A DNA stretch of 36,593 bases from Anaerolineae bacterium (GTDB taxonomy: Bacteria; Chloroflexota; Anaerolineae; Anaerolineales; RBG-16-64-43): contig JBGOXY010000002.1 in the NCBI GenBank assembly GCA_041479415.1, forward strand, positions 1-36,593. Reading direction: 5' to 3'. A model generated the notes under the pieces. The model was not told the origin of the DNA and searched no databases. It was given only the letters and a program-made list of their open reading frames with translations. Positions 8,665-17,368 of this stretch are shown one piece after another. The translations under genes and the position numbers were made by a program. Numbering within the stretch: position 1 is the first letter of the stretch; each line of letters opens with the position of its first letter.

Positions 8665-10278
8665 ATGACCCCAGCCCCGTGGTGGCAGGAAGGGGTGATC
8701 TACCAGATCTATCCGCGCTCATTTGCAGACGCGGACGGTGACGGCGTGGGCGACCTTCGCGGGATCCTCGCCCACCTGGATCACTTGAACGACGGCACGC
8801 CGAGATCGCTGGGCGTCGATGCACTGTGGCTTTCACCCGTGTATCCTTCGCCTGGCTACGACTTTGGCTACGATGTGTCCGACTACTGCAACATCGACCC
8901 GCTGTTCGGCACACTGCAGGATTTCGACCGGCTGGTCAGCGAGGCCCACCGCCGCGGCATGCGCATCCTCATGGATATGGTCGTCAACCATACCTCGCAC
9001 GAACACGCGTGGTTCGTGGAATCGCGGGCCTCACGCGAAAGCCCCAAACGCGATTGGTACATCTGGCGCGATCCGCACCCCGGCGGCGGCATGCCCAACA
9101 ACTGGGAAGCGGTCTTCGGCGGGCGCGCCTGGGAATGGGACGAGGCCAGCCGACAGTACTACTATCACATGTTCCTCAAAGAACAGCCGGACCTCAACTG
9201 GCGCAACCCGCAGGCCCGGCGCGCGGTCATGCAGGCCTTCCGCTTCTGGCTCGAGCGGGGGGTGGACGGATTTCGTCTGGATGTGGTCAATGCATACTTC
9301 AAAGATGCGGGGCTGCATGACGACCCGCCGCGGCTGGGATTGCGTGGCTACGATCGCCAGGCACACGTCTACGACATGGATCAACCTGAGTTGCTCGACG
9401 TGTACCGCGAGCTGCACGAGTTGTTGGGGCAATTCGGCGAGCGCCTGGCCGTAGGCGAGGTGATGGACGAGACTCCCGAGAAGGCCGCACGCTACAGCGC
9501 CCAGGGCCTGCTATCGCTGGCCTTCAACTTCGAATTCACACGCCAGCCCTGGCGCGCGCCGTCCTTCCAGCGGGCCGTCACACGCTGTGAGGCGTCGCAT
9601 GCCCAAGGCGGTTGGCCGTGCTATGTTCTCTCCAACCACGACGTGCCGCGGCATGCCTCGCGTTACGGCGGACGGCACGCCGTCGAGCGGGCCAAGGTGG
9701 CCGCGGCTCTCCTGCTCACGTTGCGCGGCACCCCCTTCCTATACTACGGGGAGGAGATCGGCATGCGTAATGGACGAATCCGGCGGGACGAGATACAGGA
9801 CCCGCCCGGCAAACGCTATTGGCCGCTCTACGGTGGGCGCGATCCGGAACGCACGCCCATGCCATGGAGTGCCGAGGCGGGGGCCGGCTTCACCCGCGGG
9901 CGGCCGTGGCTGCCGCTCAATAGCGACTATCGGGAGGTAAACGTTGCGGCGCAGCGCGATGATCCGCACTCGGTGTTCTCGTTCTACCGACAGCTGATCT
10001 GGCTGCGCAAGGCGAGCGTGGCGCTGCGCCAGGGGAGTTACCGCCCGCTCATTCGAGCGCCGCGGCACGCGCAGGCTTACCTGCGCGAGGCGCCAGGCCA
10101 GCGGATGCTGGTGGCGCTCAACTTCTCCGCCCAACCGCTGGTGGCCGCGTTCGACGAGCCGCTACCGAGTGCGGCCTGGCGCCTGCGCCTCAGCACGCAC
10201 GCCGCGGCGCACGAGCCCATGCAAGGCGGCGGTATACATCTGCGGCCATACGAGGCGTGCATCTTCGAGGCCGAGTAA
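8665..10278 (+). CDS. GH13-family alpha-glucosidase (oligo-1,6-glucosidase / trehalose-6-P hydrolase-like)
   Basis: 537 aa. N-terminal WWQEGVIYQIYPRSFAD, then the conserved GH13 regions DMVVNHTSHEH, GFRLDVVN, VGEV and SNHDVPR. GGAGGA sits 5 nt before the ATG. Confidence 0.9.
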   Translation: MTPAPWWQEGVIYQIYPRSFADADGDGVGDLRGILAHLDHLNDGTPRSLGVDALWLSPVYPSPGYDFGYDVSDYCNIDPLFGTLQDFDRLVSEAHRRGMRILMDMVVNHTSHEHAWFVESRASRESPKRDWYIWRDPHPGGGMPNNWEAVFGGRAWEWDEASRQYYYHMFLKEQPDLNWRNPQARRAVMQAFRFWLERGVDGFRLDVVNAYFKDAGLHDDPPRLGLRGYDRQAHVYDMDQPELLDVYRELHELLGQFGERLAVGEVMDETPEKAARYSAQGLLSLAFNFEFTRQPWRAPSFQRAVTRCEASHAQGGWPCYVLSNHDVPRHASRYGGRHAVERAKVAAALLLTLRGTPFLYYGEEIGMRNGRIRRDEIQDPPGKRYWPLYGGRDPERTPMPWSAEAGAGFTRGRPWLPLNSDYREVNVAAQRDDPHSVFSFYRQLIWLRKASVALRQGSYRPLIRAPRHAQAYLREAPGQRMLVALNFSAQPLVAAFDEPLPSAAWRLRLSTHAAAHEPMQGGGIHLRPYEACIFEAE

Positions 10279-10304
10279 CCCGCGACGCTGCATACATGAA
10301 TAGA

Positions 10305-10336
10305 AGCGCCGGCCCACCTTCTGGTGGGCCGGCGCT
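10305..10336. terminator. Bidirectional terminator hairpin between convergent genes
   Basis: AGCGCCGGCCCACC (10305-10318), loop TTCT, GGTGGGCCGGCGCT (10323-10336): 14-bp perfect stem, extendable by 1-2 pairs. T-rich flank on the minus strand (TTCTATTC) and TTT on the plus strand. Confidence 0.7.
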
Positions 10337-10359
10337 TTCCATGCAAGCCGGAGTGCGTG

Positions 10360-10581
10360 CTAGAACAGCCCGCGAAGCAAGAGCAAGAAGCCGACAATGA
10401 TCAGCGGGATGCCGATGATCGCACCCACCACGGTGATCGTGAGCACCACCCCCACCACCATCAGCACGAAGCCGAGAATCACCGCCACCAGCCGCCCGGT
10501 GAATCCAAGAATCCACGTGAGCAACTGCCAGATGGCCCAGAACGGCCACAGATACCACGCCACACGCTTGCTGCTCGTCAT
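10360..10581 (-). CDS. Small hydrophobic membrane protein, unknown function
   Basis: 73 aa, almost entirely hydrophobic (2-3 predicted TM segments). Start set at ATG 10581, preceded by AAGGAGG with a 5-nt spacer. It lies 45 nt downstream of the PspC-domain gene on the same strand. Confidence 0.6.
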   Translation of the reverse strand: MTSSKRVAWYLWPFWAIWQLLTWILGFTGRLVAVILGFVLMVVGVVLTITVVGAIIGIPLIIVGFLLLLRGLF

Positions 10582-10626
10582 CCTTGCCTCCTTACCCATC
10601 GCCCCACACGGATCCGGCGCCGCGGG

Positions 10627-10824
10627 TCAAGCGCCAGGAATGATGATCCAACACAAGAGGTACATGGCCAGACCGGGCACGCCGCCTGGGATACAGGCCA
10701 CGAGGAACCCCAAGCGGAACCAGGTCGGGCTGATGCCGAAGAATTCGCCCAGGCCGCCGCACACGCCCGCCAGCACCCGACTTGAGCGGGATCGGCGCAA
10801 TGGCCCCCGAGTCGACTCACTCAT
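10627..10824 (-). CDS. PspC-domain membrane protein
   Basis: RRSRSSRVLAGVCGGLGEFFGISPTWFRLGFLV ... LLCWIIIP matches the PspC-domain signature. Start chosen at ATG 10824 (65 aa, GGGGGA upstream); ATGs at 10836 and 10842 are alternatives. The longer ORF-track N-terminus looks non-coding. Confidence 0.72.
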   Translation of the reverse strand: MSESTRGPLRRSRSSRVLAGVCGGLGEFFGISPTWFRLGFLVACIPGGVPGLAMYLLCWIIIPGA

Positions 10825-11018
10825 TCTATCCCCCATGGACATGTGTTCATCCACAGTGGATATACGCAGGTTAGCCACTCGCAGTTGCCCTTTGCATGGG
10901 TGCCCCATGGCCGCCGCTAAGTCCAGGCAATGCATCGGGGAGCTCGTCCGGCGGGTGCTTGCATGCCCACCCATCCCACCGCTGGTTGAGGGAGCTCCTT
11001 CCGTGCCAAGACTGGCAC

Positions 11019-11048
11019 TTGCGTAATTCTTCACAACTATGCTATAGT
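11019..11048 (+). promoter_or_regulatory. Candidate sigma-70-type promoter TTGCGT-18-TATAGT far upstream of the hdr operon
   Basis: TTGCGT (11019-11024), 18-nt spacer, TATAGT (11043-11048), in the only AT-rich patch of the 11035-11431 gap. It would give a leader of about 375 nt. Confidence 0.3.
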
Positions 11049-11431
11049 CTTCACTATCCGGAGAGGGACCTCACAATTCCGCACCACGGCACTTGCCCCC
11101 GACTCTCTCGGAACTCGCGTGGTTGTTATTGAGCCTTTAGGCCAGGGCTCTCCGCCGCAGTTCCTAGCTTGGATGGACGGGGTTTCATGGCCCGAATTGG
11201 CGTGAACCCATGCCGCCGAACGTGCGGCCATCCGGGTGGCTCCCAGCCACCCCAGGTCAACTGTTGCCTGCCTCCGAATCCTCCCGTCTCCATCCGATTT
11301 CCGGCGAACGCCTCCCATGCGTCTGGCTCGGCCATCCCCTTTGAGCGTGTTGGCCCGCCGGCGCGCCCCTCGATCCCGCCCGCTGCTCGTGGCGGGCCAT
11401 CACCAACACCGCGCACAAGGAGGAGCACCGC

Positions 11432-13468
11432 ATGAGTGCCAACCGTAGCGCAGGCATCTCGCCGGGCGAGTACTCGGCCGCGCCTCCAGGCGAGAAGATT
11501 GGTGTGTACATCTGCCACTGCGGCACCAATATCGCCGCCATGGTGGATGTCGCCGAGGTGGCCGAGTACGCCGGGGCTCTGCAGGGAGTGGCCGTCGCGC
11601 GCCACTACACCTACATGTGCTCCGACCCGGGCCAAGCGATGATCCAGGAGGATATTCGCTCGCTCGGCCTGGACCGGGTGGTGGTGGCCTCCTGCTCGCC
11701 GCTCATGCACGAGCCCACCTTCCGTGCGGCGTGCGCCCAGGCCGGCCTCAACCCGTTTCTCTTTCAGATGACCAACATCCGCGAGCACGTCTCGTGGGTG
11801 AGCGACGACCGTACCAGCGCAACGCAGAAGGCGCTGGCGCTGGTGACCGCGGCGGTGCGCCGGGTGTCGTTGCAGCAGCCGCTCGAGACCCGCCAACTGG
11901 GAGTCACCCAGTCGGCGCTGGTGGTGGGCGGCGGTATCGCCGGCATCGAGGCCGCGCTGCGCCTGGCCGATGCCGGCAAGCGAGTTTACCTGGTAGAGCG
12001 GGAGCCGTCGATCGGCGGCCACATGGCCCAGCTCTACAAGACCTTTCCCACCCTCGACTGTGCGGCTTGAATTCTCACACCCAAGATGGTGTCCGTGGGA
12101 CGCCATGAGAACATCACTCTCCTCAGCTACAGTGAGGTGGAAGCTGTATCCGGTTTCGTGGGGTCGTTCCAGGTGCGCGTGCGCCGCAAGGCGCGCCATG
12201 TGAAAGAAGACCTGTGCACCGGCTGCGGCACGTGCGTGCAGAAGTGCCCCTGGCGCAAGATCCCCTCCGAGTTCGACCTGGGCCTGGACACCCGTCCGGC
12301 GATTTACTTCCCCTTTGGCCAGGCCGTGCCGCGCGTGCCGGTCATTGACACCGAGCACTGTGTCTACTTCGCCAAGGGCACGTGCCGCGCCTGCGCCAAG
12401 TTCTGCCCGCGCGAAGCTATCGACTTCGAACAGACCGACCAGCAGCTCGAGCTCGAGGTGGGCACGATCATCCTGGCTACCGGGTTCCAGAACTACGATC
12501 CACACCGCGACACGCGCTTCGGCTACGGGGAACTTCCGGATGTGGTCACGGGGCCGGAGTTTGAACGCCTGGTGAATTCGGGCGGGCCCACCTTGGGGCG
12601 GGTGTTGCGCGCCGACGGCACCCCGCCGAAGAAGGTGGCCCTCATCCATTGTGTGGGCAGCCGCGGCGACGCACACGAATACTGCTCGCGCGTGTGCTGC
12701 ATGTATTCGCTCAAGCTGGCGCACCTGGTCCACGATGCGACCGGGGCCGAGGTGACCGAGTTCTACCGCGATATGCGCACCTTCGGCAAGGACTACGAAT
12801 CGTTCTACCGCCGCGTGGTTGCGGAGGGCATCCATACCTTCCGCTACGAGGGTGATGTGCAGGTGACCCAGGCCGATGGCCACTTGCGGGTGACTGCCAC
12901 CGACGTGTTCACGGGAAAGCCGGCCGAGATCGAAAGCGACATGGTGATCCTGGCCACCGGCCTCGAGCCGCAGGCCGATCAGCGGCAGGTGGCCCGCCGT
13001 TTCGGAGTGAGCCTCAGCCCGGACGGTTTCTTCATGGAGCGCCACCCCAAGCTAGCGCCGGTGGAAACAGCCAGCGACGGCATCTTCCTGGCCGGCACCT
13101 GCCAGGGGCCCAAGGATATCCCCGACAGCGTCGCCCAAGGGGGCGCCGCGGCGGCGGCCGCGCTCTCGCTGATGGATGCAGGCTACGTCTTTCTCGAGCC
13201 CTTCACGGTGCACGTGCTGGCCGAGCGCTGCAGTGGCTGCCGCACCTGCCAGAACCTGTGCCCCTTCGGCGCGATCCAGATGGCCGAGCACGAGGGACGA
13301 ACGGTCTCCACGATTAATGAAGTGCTGTGCAAGGGCTGCGGCACGTGCGCCGCCGCCTGCCCGGCCGGCGCCATATACCAGAACAACTTCTCCAATGATC
13401 AGGTCATCGCCGAAATCCTCGGGGCGCTGTCGATCGACCGCGCCATTCCTCAGGAGGCCTTCCCATGA
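11432..13468 (+). CDS. hdrA: Heterodisulfide reductase subunit A family flavoprotein with predicted selenocysteine at codon 213 (TGA 12068-12070 read through)
   Basis: ORFs 11432-12070 and 12086-13468 share one frame and are separated only by TGA plus 5 sense codons. The joined protein (678 aa) has the full HdrA layout. N-terminal Cys domain: GVYICHCGTNIAAM. FAD fold: ALVVGGGIAGIEAALRLA. Junction: GGHMAQLYKTFPTLDCAA-U-ILTPKMV. Inserted ferredoxin domain: CTGCGTCVQKCP ... CRACAKFCP. C-terminal 2x[4Fe-4S]: CSGCRTCQNLCP, CKGCGTCAAACP. AAGGAGGAG lies upstream of the ATG. Confidence 0.85.
12068..12106 (+). promoter_or_regulatory. UGA(Sec) recoding site with a SECIS-like hairpin
   Basis: TGA at 12068-12070. 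Hairpin ATGGTGTCC (12086-12094), loop GTG, GGACGCCAT (12098-12106): 9 bp including one G-U wobble. The apical loop begins 25 nt after the UGA and starts with GU, consistent with the bacterial SECIS geometry. Confidence 0.62.
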
Positions 13469-16400
13469 ACCGTTCCTCCCCCCGGACGGGCGTCTATGTC
13501 TGCCAGTGTGGGACCAATATCGCCGCGACGGTGGAGGTGCAGCAGGTAGCCGAGTTCGCGCGCGACCTGCCGGGCGTGGTGGCCGCCCGCAGCTACAGCT
13601 ATATGTGCTCCGAGCCCGGCCAGGCGCTGATCAAGCAAGACATCCAGGACCACGGCCTCAACCGCGTAGTGGTGGCCTCCTGCTCGCCGTTGATGCATGA
13701 GCCCACCTTCCGGCGCGCGTGCACCGAGGCCGGCCTCAACCCGTTCTGCATGCAGATGGCCAACATCCGCGAGCATTGTGCCTGGGTCATCGACGACCGC
13801 CAGCAGGCCACCGCCAAGGCCAAGCATCTGGTGGCGGCCGCGGTTCGCCGAGTGGCGCAGCACCGCCCGTTGGAGATGCGCCAGGTGCATGTGGAGCCAG
13901 CCGCGCTAGTGGTCGGTGCGGGCATCGCCGGCATCGAGGCCGCACTGCGCTTGGCGGAGGCCGGCAAGCAGGTCTATCTGGTGGAGCGTGAGCCGTCGAT
14001 CGGCGGCCACATGGCCCAGCTGTACAAGACCTTTCCCACCCTCGACTGTGCGGCTTGAATACTCACACCCAAAATGGTGTCCGTTGGACGCCAAAAGAAC
14101 ATCAAGCTGCTGAGCTACAGCGAAATCGAATCGGTTTCAGGCTATGTGGGCAACTTCGAGGTGCGCGTGCGGCGCAAGCCGCGCTACATCGACGAGAGCA
14201 AGTGCACTGGCTGCGGCAATTGCGCCAGCGTCTGCCCGATCGAGGTGACCAACGTCTTCGACCTGGGGCTGAGCACGCGCCGGGCGGTGTACCGGCACTC
14301 GCCGCAAGCCGTGCCCGGCGCGTATACGATTGAGAAGCGCGGCATCGCCCCATGCCGCAATGCCTGCCCAACGGATCAGCGCGCCCAGGGCTACATCGCC
14401 CTGGTTCGTCAGGGGCGGTTCGCCGATGCCTACTGGGCCATCCGCCGCGAGCATCCCTTCCCCTCGGTGTGCGGACGCGTCTGCAATCATCGCTGCGAAG
14501 ATGCATGCACCCGGGGCAGCTACGACCAACCGGTCAACATCATGGCCCTCAAGCGTTTTGTCGCGGATTGGGCCTTCGACCATCGCGACCAGCTCCCGGC
14601 CCAACGCGCCAAGTCACTCACCGGCACGCCCTTCGCCGCGCACCCCACCGCGAGCGGCAAGAAAATCGCGATCATTGGTGCCGGGCCCGCTGGGCTGACC
14701 ACCGCCCTCGACCTGGTGCGCCTCGGCCACCAGACCACGGTGTTCGATTCGCTGCCGGTGGCCGGCGGCATGATGCGCGTGGGCATCCCGCCCCATCGCA
14801 TGCCGGTGGAACTCCTCGAGTGGGAGATTCAGCAGATCCTGGATGAGGGCGTGCAACTTCGCCTGAACACGTGGGTGGACGACATCCCGGCGCTGCTCGA
14901 CCAGGGCTACCATGCGGTGCTCATCGCCACCGGTGCCCATCAAGCCAAGAAGATTCCCATCCGCAACTCGAACCATCCCGACAACTGGCTCAGCCTGAAC
15001 CTGCTGCGGCGCGTGGCGCAGGGCGAGGCGATCGACCTGCGCGAGCGCAGCGTGATCGTGATGGGCGGCGGTAACGTGGCCCTCGACACGGCGCGCACGG
15101 TGGTGCGCCTGGGGGCCCGCCAAGTGAGCATGGTGTGCCTCGAGCCGCGCGGCGAGATGCCCGGCTTCGCCTGGGAAGTGGAGGTGGCCGAGCAGGAGGG
15201 TATCCATGTCCTGCCCGCGCGAACCTTTAAGGAAGTGGTGGTCAAGGGCAACCGCATCGCCGGGCTGCGCTGCGCCGAGGTTGTCTTCCGTGGCTTCAAG
15301 CGCGGGCGGCCCGATATCAGCGAGATTCCCGGCACCGAGCACGTTGTGCCCGGCGATCTGGTGATCTGGGCCATCGGGCAAGGGCCGGACTTCTCCTTCC
15401 TGCCCGGCGACGGCAGCATCAACACGTGTTATCCGGTGGGTATCCAGACCAACAGCGAGATGATGACCACCACCCCGGGCGTGTTCTGCGCGGGCGATGT
15501 GCGCCGCGGGCAAACCTTCTTTGTGGTCGACGCCATTGGCGAGGGCCACCACGCTGCGCGTTGCATCGACCGTTATCTACGCGGCGAGCAGGGCGTGCGC
15601 GAACCGCATCGGCCGCCGGTGGTGGAACTGCGCCGCGAGGAGATCGAGCACAAAGTGGAGTTGGGCGAAGCCGCGCGCCGTCCGCGCGCGGTCATCCGCA
15701 ACATCGGCGTGGAAGCGCGCCGGCTCAACTTCCGCGAAGTGGATCTCACGCTGACCGAAGCCGAGGCGGTGGCCGAGGCCGAGCGCTGCCTGCGCTGCGG
15801 AATATGCTCCGAGTGTCTGGAGTGCGTCTCGGCCTGCGAGCGAGGGGCGATCAACCACGACATGCAGCCCGAGATCTTGGATCTCAAGGTGGGCACGTTG
15901 GTGCTGGCCACCGGCTTCCGCGATTTCGACCCGCGGGTGGCTCCCGAGCTGGGCCATGGGCGCCTGGCGAATGTGCTGAGCGCCATGGAGTTTGAGCGGC
16001 TGATCAACACCGGCGGCCCGACGCTGGGCAAGGTGCTGCTCGCCAACGGCCAGCCGCCCAAGCGGGTGGCCATCGTGCACTGCGTGGGCAGCCGCGACGA
16101 CCGCTACCACGAGTATTGCTCGCGCGCCTGTTGCATGTACTCGCTCAAGATCGCCCAACTGGCACACGAGTACCTGCAGGCGGAAGTGTTCGAGATCTAC
16201 CGCGACATGCGCTCCTTCGGCAAAGGCTACGAGGAGTTCTACAACCGCACCCGCGCGAGCGGCGTTCACTTCTTCCACGGCCGGGTGCGCGAGGTGACGG
16301 CGGTTGATGGTCACTTGCGCGTGCAGTGGGAAGAGAGTTTCCACAACGAGCCCGACCAGGTGGACGTGGACCTGGTGATTCTCGCCACGGGCATGGAACC

Positions 16401-16887
16401 GCAGGGCGATACGGCACGCATGGCGAAGCTGTTCGGTCTCTCACGCAGCCGGGATGGGTTCTTCCTCGAGCGCCATCCGAAGCTCGCCCCGGTGGAGACC
16501 TCCTCGCAGGGCATCTTCCTGGCCGGAGCCTGCCAGAGTCCCAAAGACATCCCCGACACGGTGGCGCAGGCTGCCGCAGCAGCGGCTGGCGCGCTGGCGC
16601 TTATCGACCAGCACACCATCAGCCTGGATCCCTCCATTGCCGAGGTGGAGGTAGCGCGCTGCCTGGGCTGCGGCCAGTGTGCAGCCGCCTGCCCATATGG
16701 AGCCATTGAACTGGCGCGCGGCAAGGCCGCGGTCAACGCCTACTTGTGCAAGGGCTGCGGCACGTGCGCCGGGGCGTGCCCGAACAAGGCCATGAGCCTC
16801 ATCCATTTCGACGACCGCCAGTTGATTGCCGAACTGGACGGCGCCCTGGCGTGGATCGATGCCGCCGAAGAGGTGGGCCATGTATGA
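13465..16887 (+). CDS. HdrL-type giant HdrA paralog: HdrA with an inserted NfnB/GltD-like NAD(P)H:FAD oxidoreductase module, predicted selenocysteine at codon 198 (TGA 14056-14058)
   Basis: ORFs 13465-14058 and 14074-16887 are in one frame and join to 1140 aa. The N-terminus parallels hdrA (GVYVCQCGTNIAAT ... FPTLDCAA-U-ILTPKMV). After the first ferredoxin half-motif (CTGCGNCASVCP) comes a glutamate-synthase-small-subunit-like block. That block shows CRNACP, CGRVCNHRCEDAC, KKIAIIGAGPAGLTTALDL, VIVMGGGNVALDTA and GVFCAGDV. The HdrA fold then resumes (CLRCGICSECLECVSAC ... LATGF ... CLGCGQCAAACP, CKGCGTCAGACP). ATGA overlap with hdrA; AGGAGG upstream. Confidence 0.85.
14056..14093 (+). promoter_or_regulatory. 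UGA(Sec) recoding site with a SECIS-like hairpin (paralogous copy)
   Basis: TGA at 14056-14058. Hairpin TGGTGTCC (14075-14082), loop GTT, GGACGCCA (14086-14093). Same UGA-to-loop spacing (25 nt) as the first copy. Confidence 0.62.
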
Positions 16888-17368
16888 ACCCAAGGTGATC
16901 GGATTCCTGTGTACCTGGTGCAGCTACACCGGCGCCGACTCGGCCGGCACCTCGCGCCTGAAGACCCCATGGAACCTGCGTGCCGTGCGCGTGCCGTGCT
17001 CCGGGCGCGTGGCGCCGGAGCTCATCCTGCGTGCCTTCGACCAAGGGGCCGACGGCGTGCTGGTGCTCGGCTGCCACATCGGCGAATGCCACTACGACAG
17101 CGGCAACCATCGCGCCGCCAAGCGCATCCCGCTGCTCCTCTCCATCCTGGAGTTTGCCGGGATGCAGCCCGAGCGGCTGCGTTTGGATTGGGTGTCGGCC
17201 TCGGAGGGTGATCGCTACGCGCGGATCGTGAGCGAGTTTGTCGACGCGCTGCGCCCACTCGGGCCAAACACCTGGCGCATCAACGGCGCCGCCCCAAGGG
17301 CCGACGCGGCGATCGGCATGCCGCTGCCGGCGGCGTCGGGGCTGAGCGGAGGCGCGCCATGTCCATAA
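16880..17368 (+). CDS. MvhD / FlxD-like [2Fe-2S] electron-transfer subunit (methyl-viologen-reducing hydrogenase delta family)
   Basis: MYEPKVIGFLCTWCSYTGADSAG ... VRVPCSGRV ... DGVLVLGCHIGECHY is the MvhD signature. Start set at ATG 16880, which overlaps the upstream stop (ATGTATGA). Confidence 0.86.
   Translation: MYEPKVIGFLCTWCSYTGADSAGTSRLKTPWNLRAVRVPCSGRVAPELILRAFDQGADGVLVLGCHIGECHYDSGNHRAAKRIPLLLSILEFAGMQPERLRLDWVSASEGDRYARIVSEFVDALRPLGPNTWRINGAAPRADAAIGMPLPAASGLSGGAPCP

Noticed and set aside
11061-11157. Possible tRNA-Sec (selC) in the hdr upstream gap: about 97 nt with GGAGAG...CTCTCC-G-CC ends
   Set aside because: There is no UCA anticodon loop at the expected position and no GGTTCGA-type T-arm. 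The acceptor pairing is only 6 bp and there is no CCA context. The reverse complement also fails these checks.
12068-12070. Reading the TGA (and the one at 14056-14058) as a genuine stop, giving split or pseudogenised hdrA genes
   Set aside because: Both paralogs break at the same conserved Cys codon and stay in frame. Neither has an independent SD or start for the distal part. Both keep a conserved downstream hairpin, and selA is nearby. Independent identical nonsense mutations are far less likely than Sec recoding. This still needs selB/selC/selD confirmation.
11126-13045. 639-aa minus-strand ORF across the hdrA region (similarly 14614-15552, 15577-16344 and 17674-18183 on the minus strand)
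   Set aside because: It is antisense to the Hdr/Flx genes, whose Cys-cluster and Rossmann motifs are unambiguous. It has no recognisable domains.
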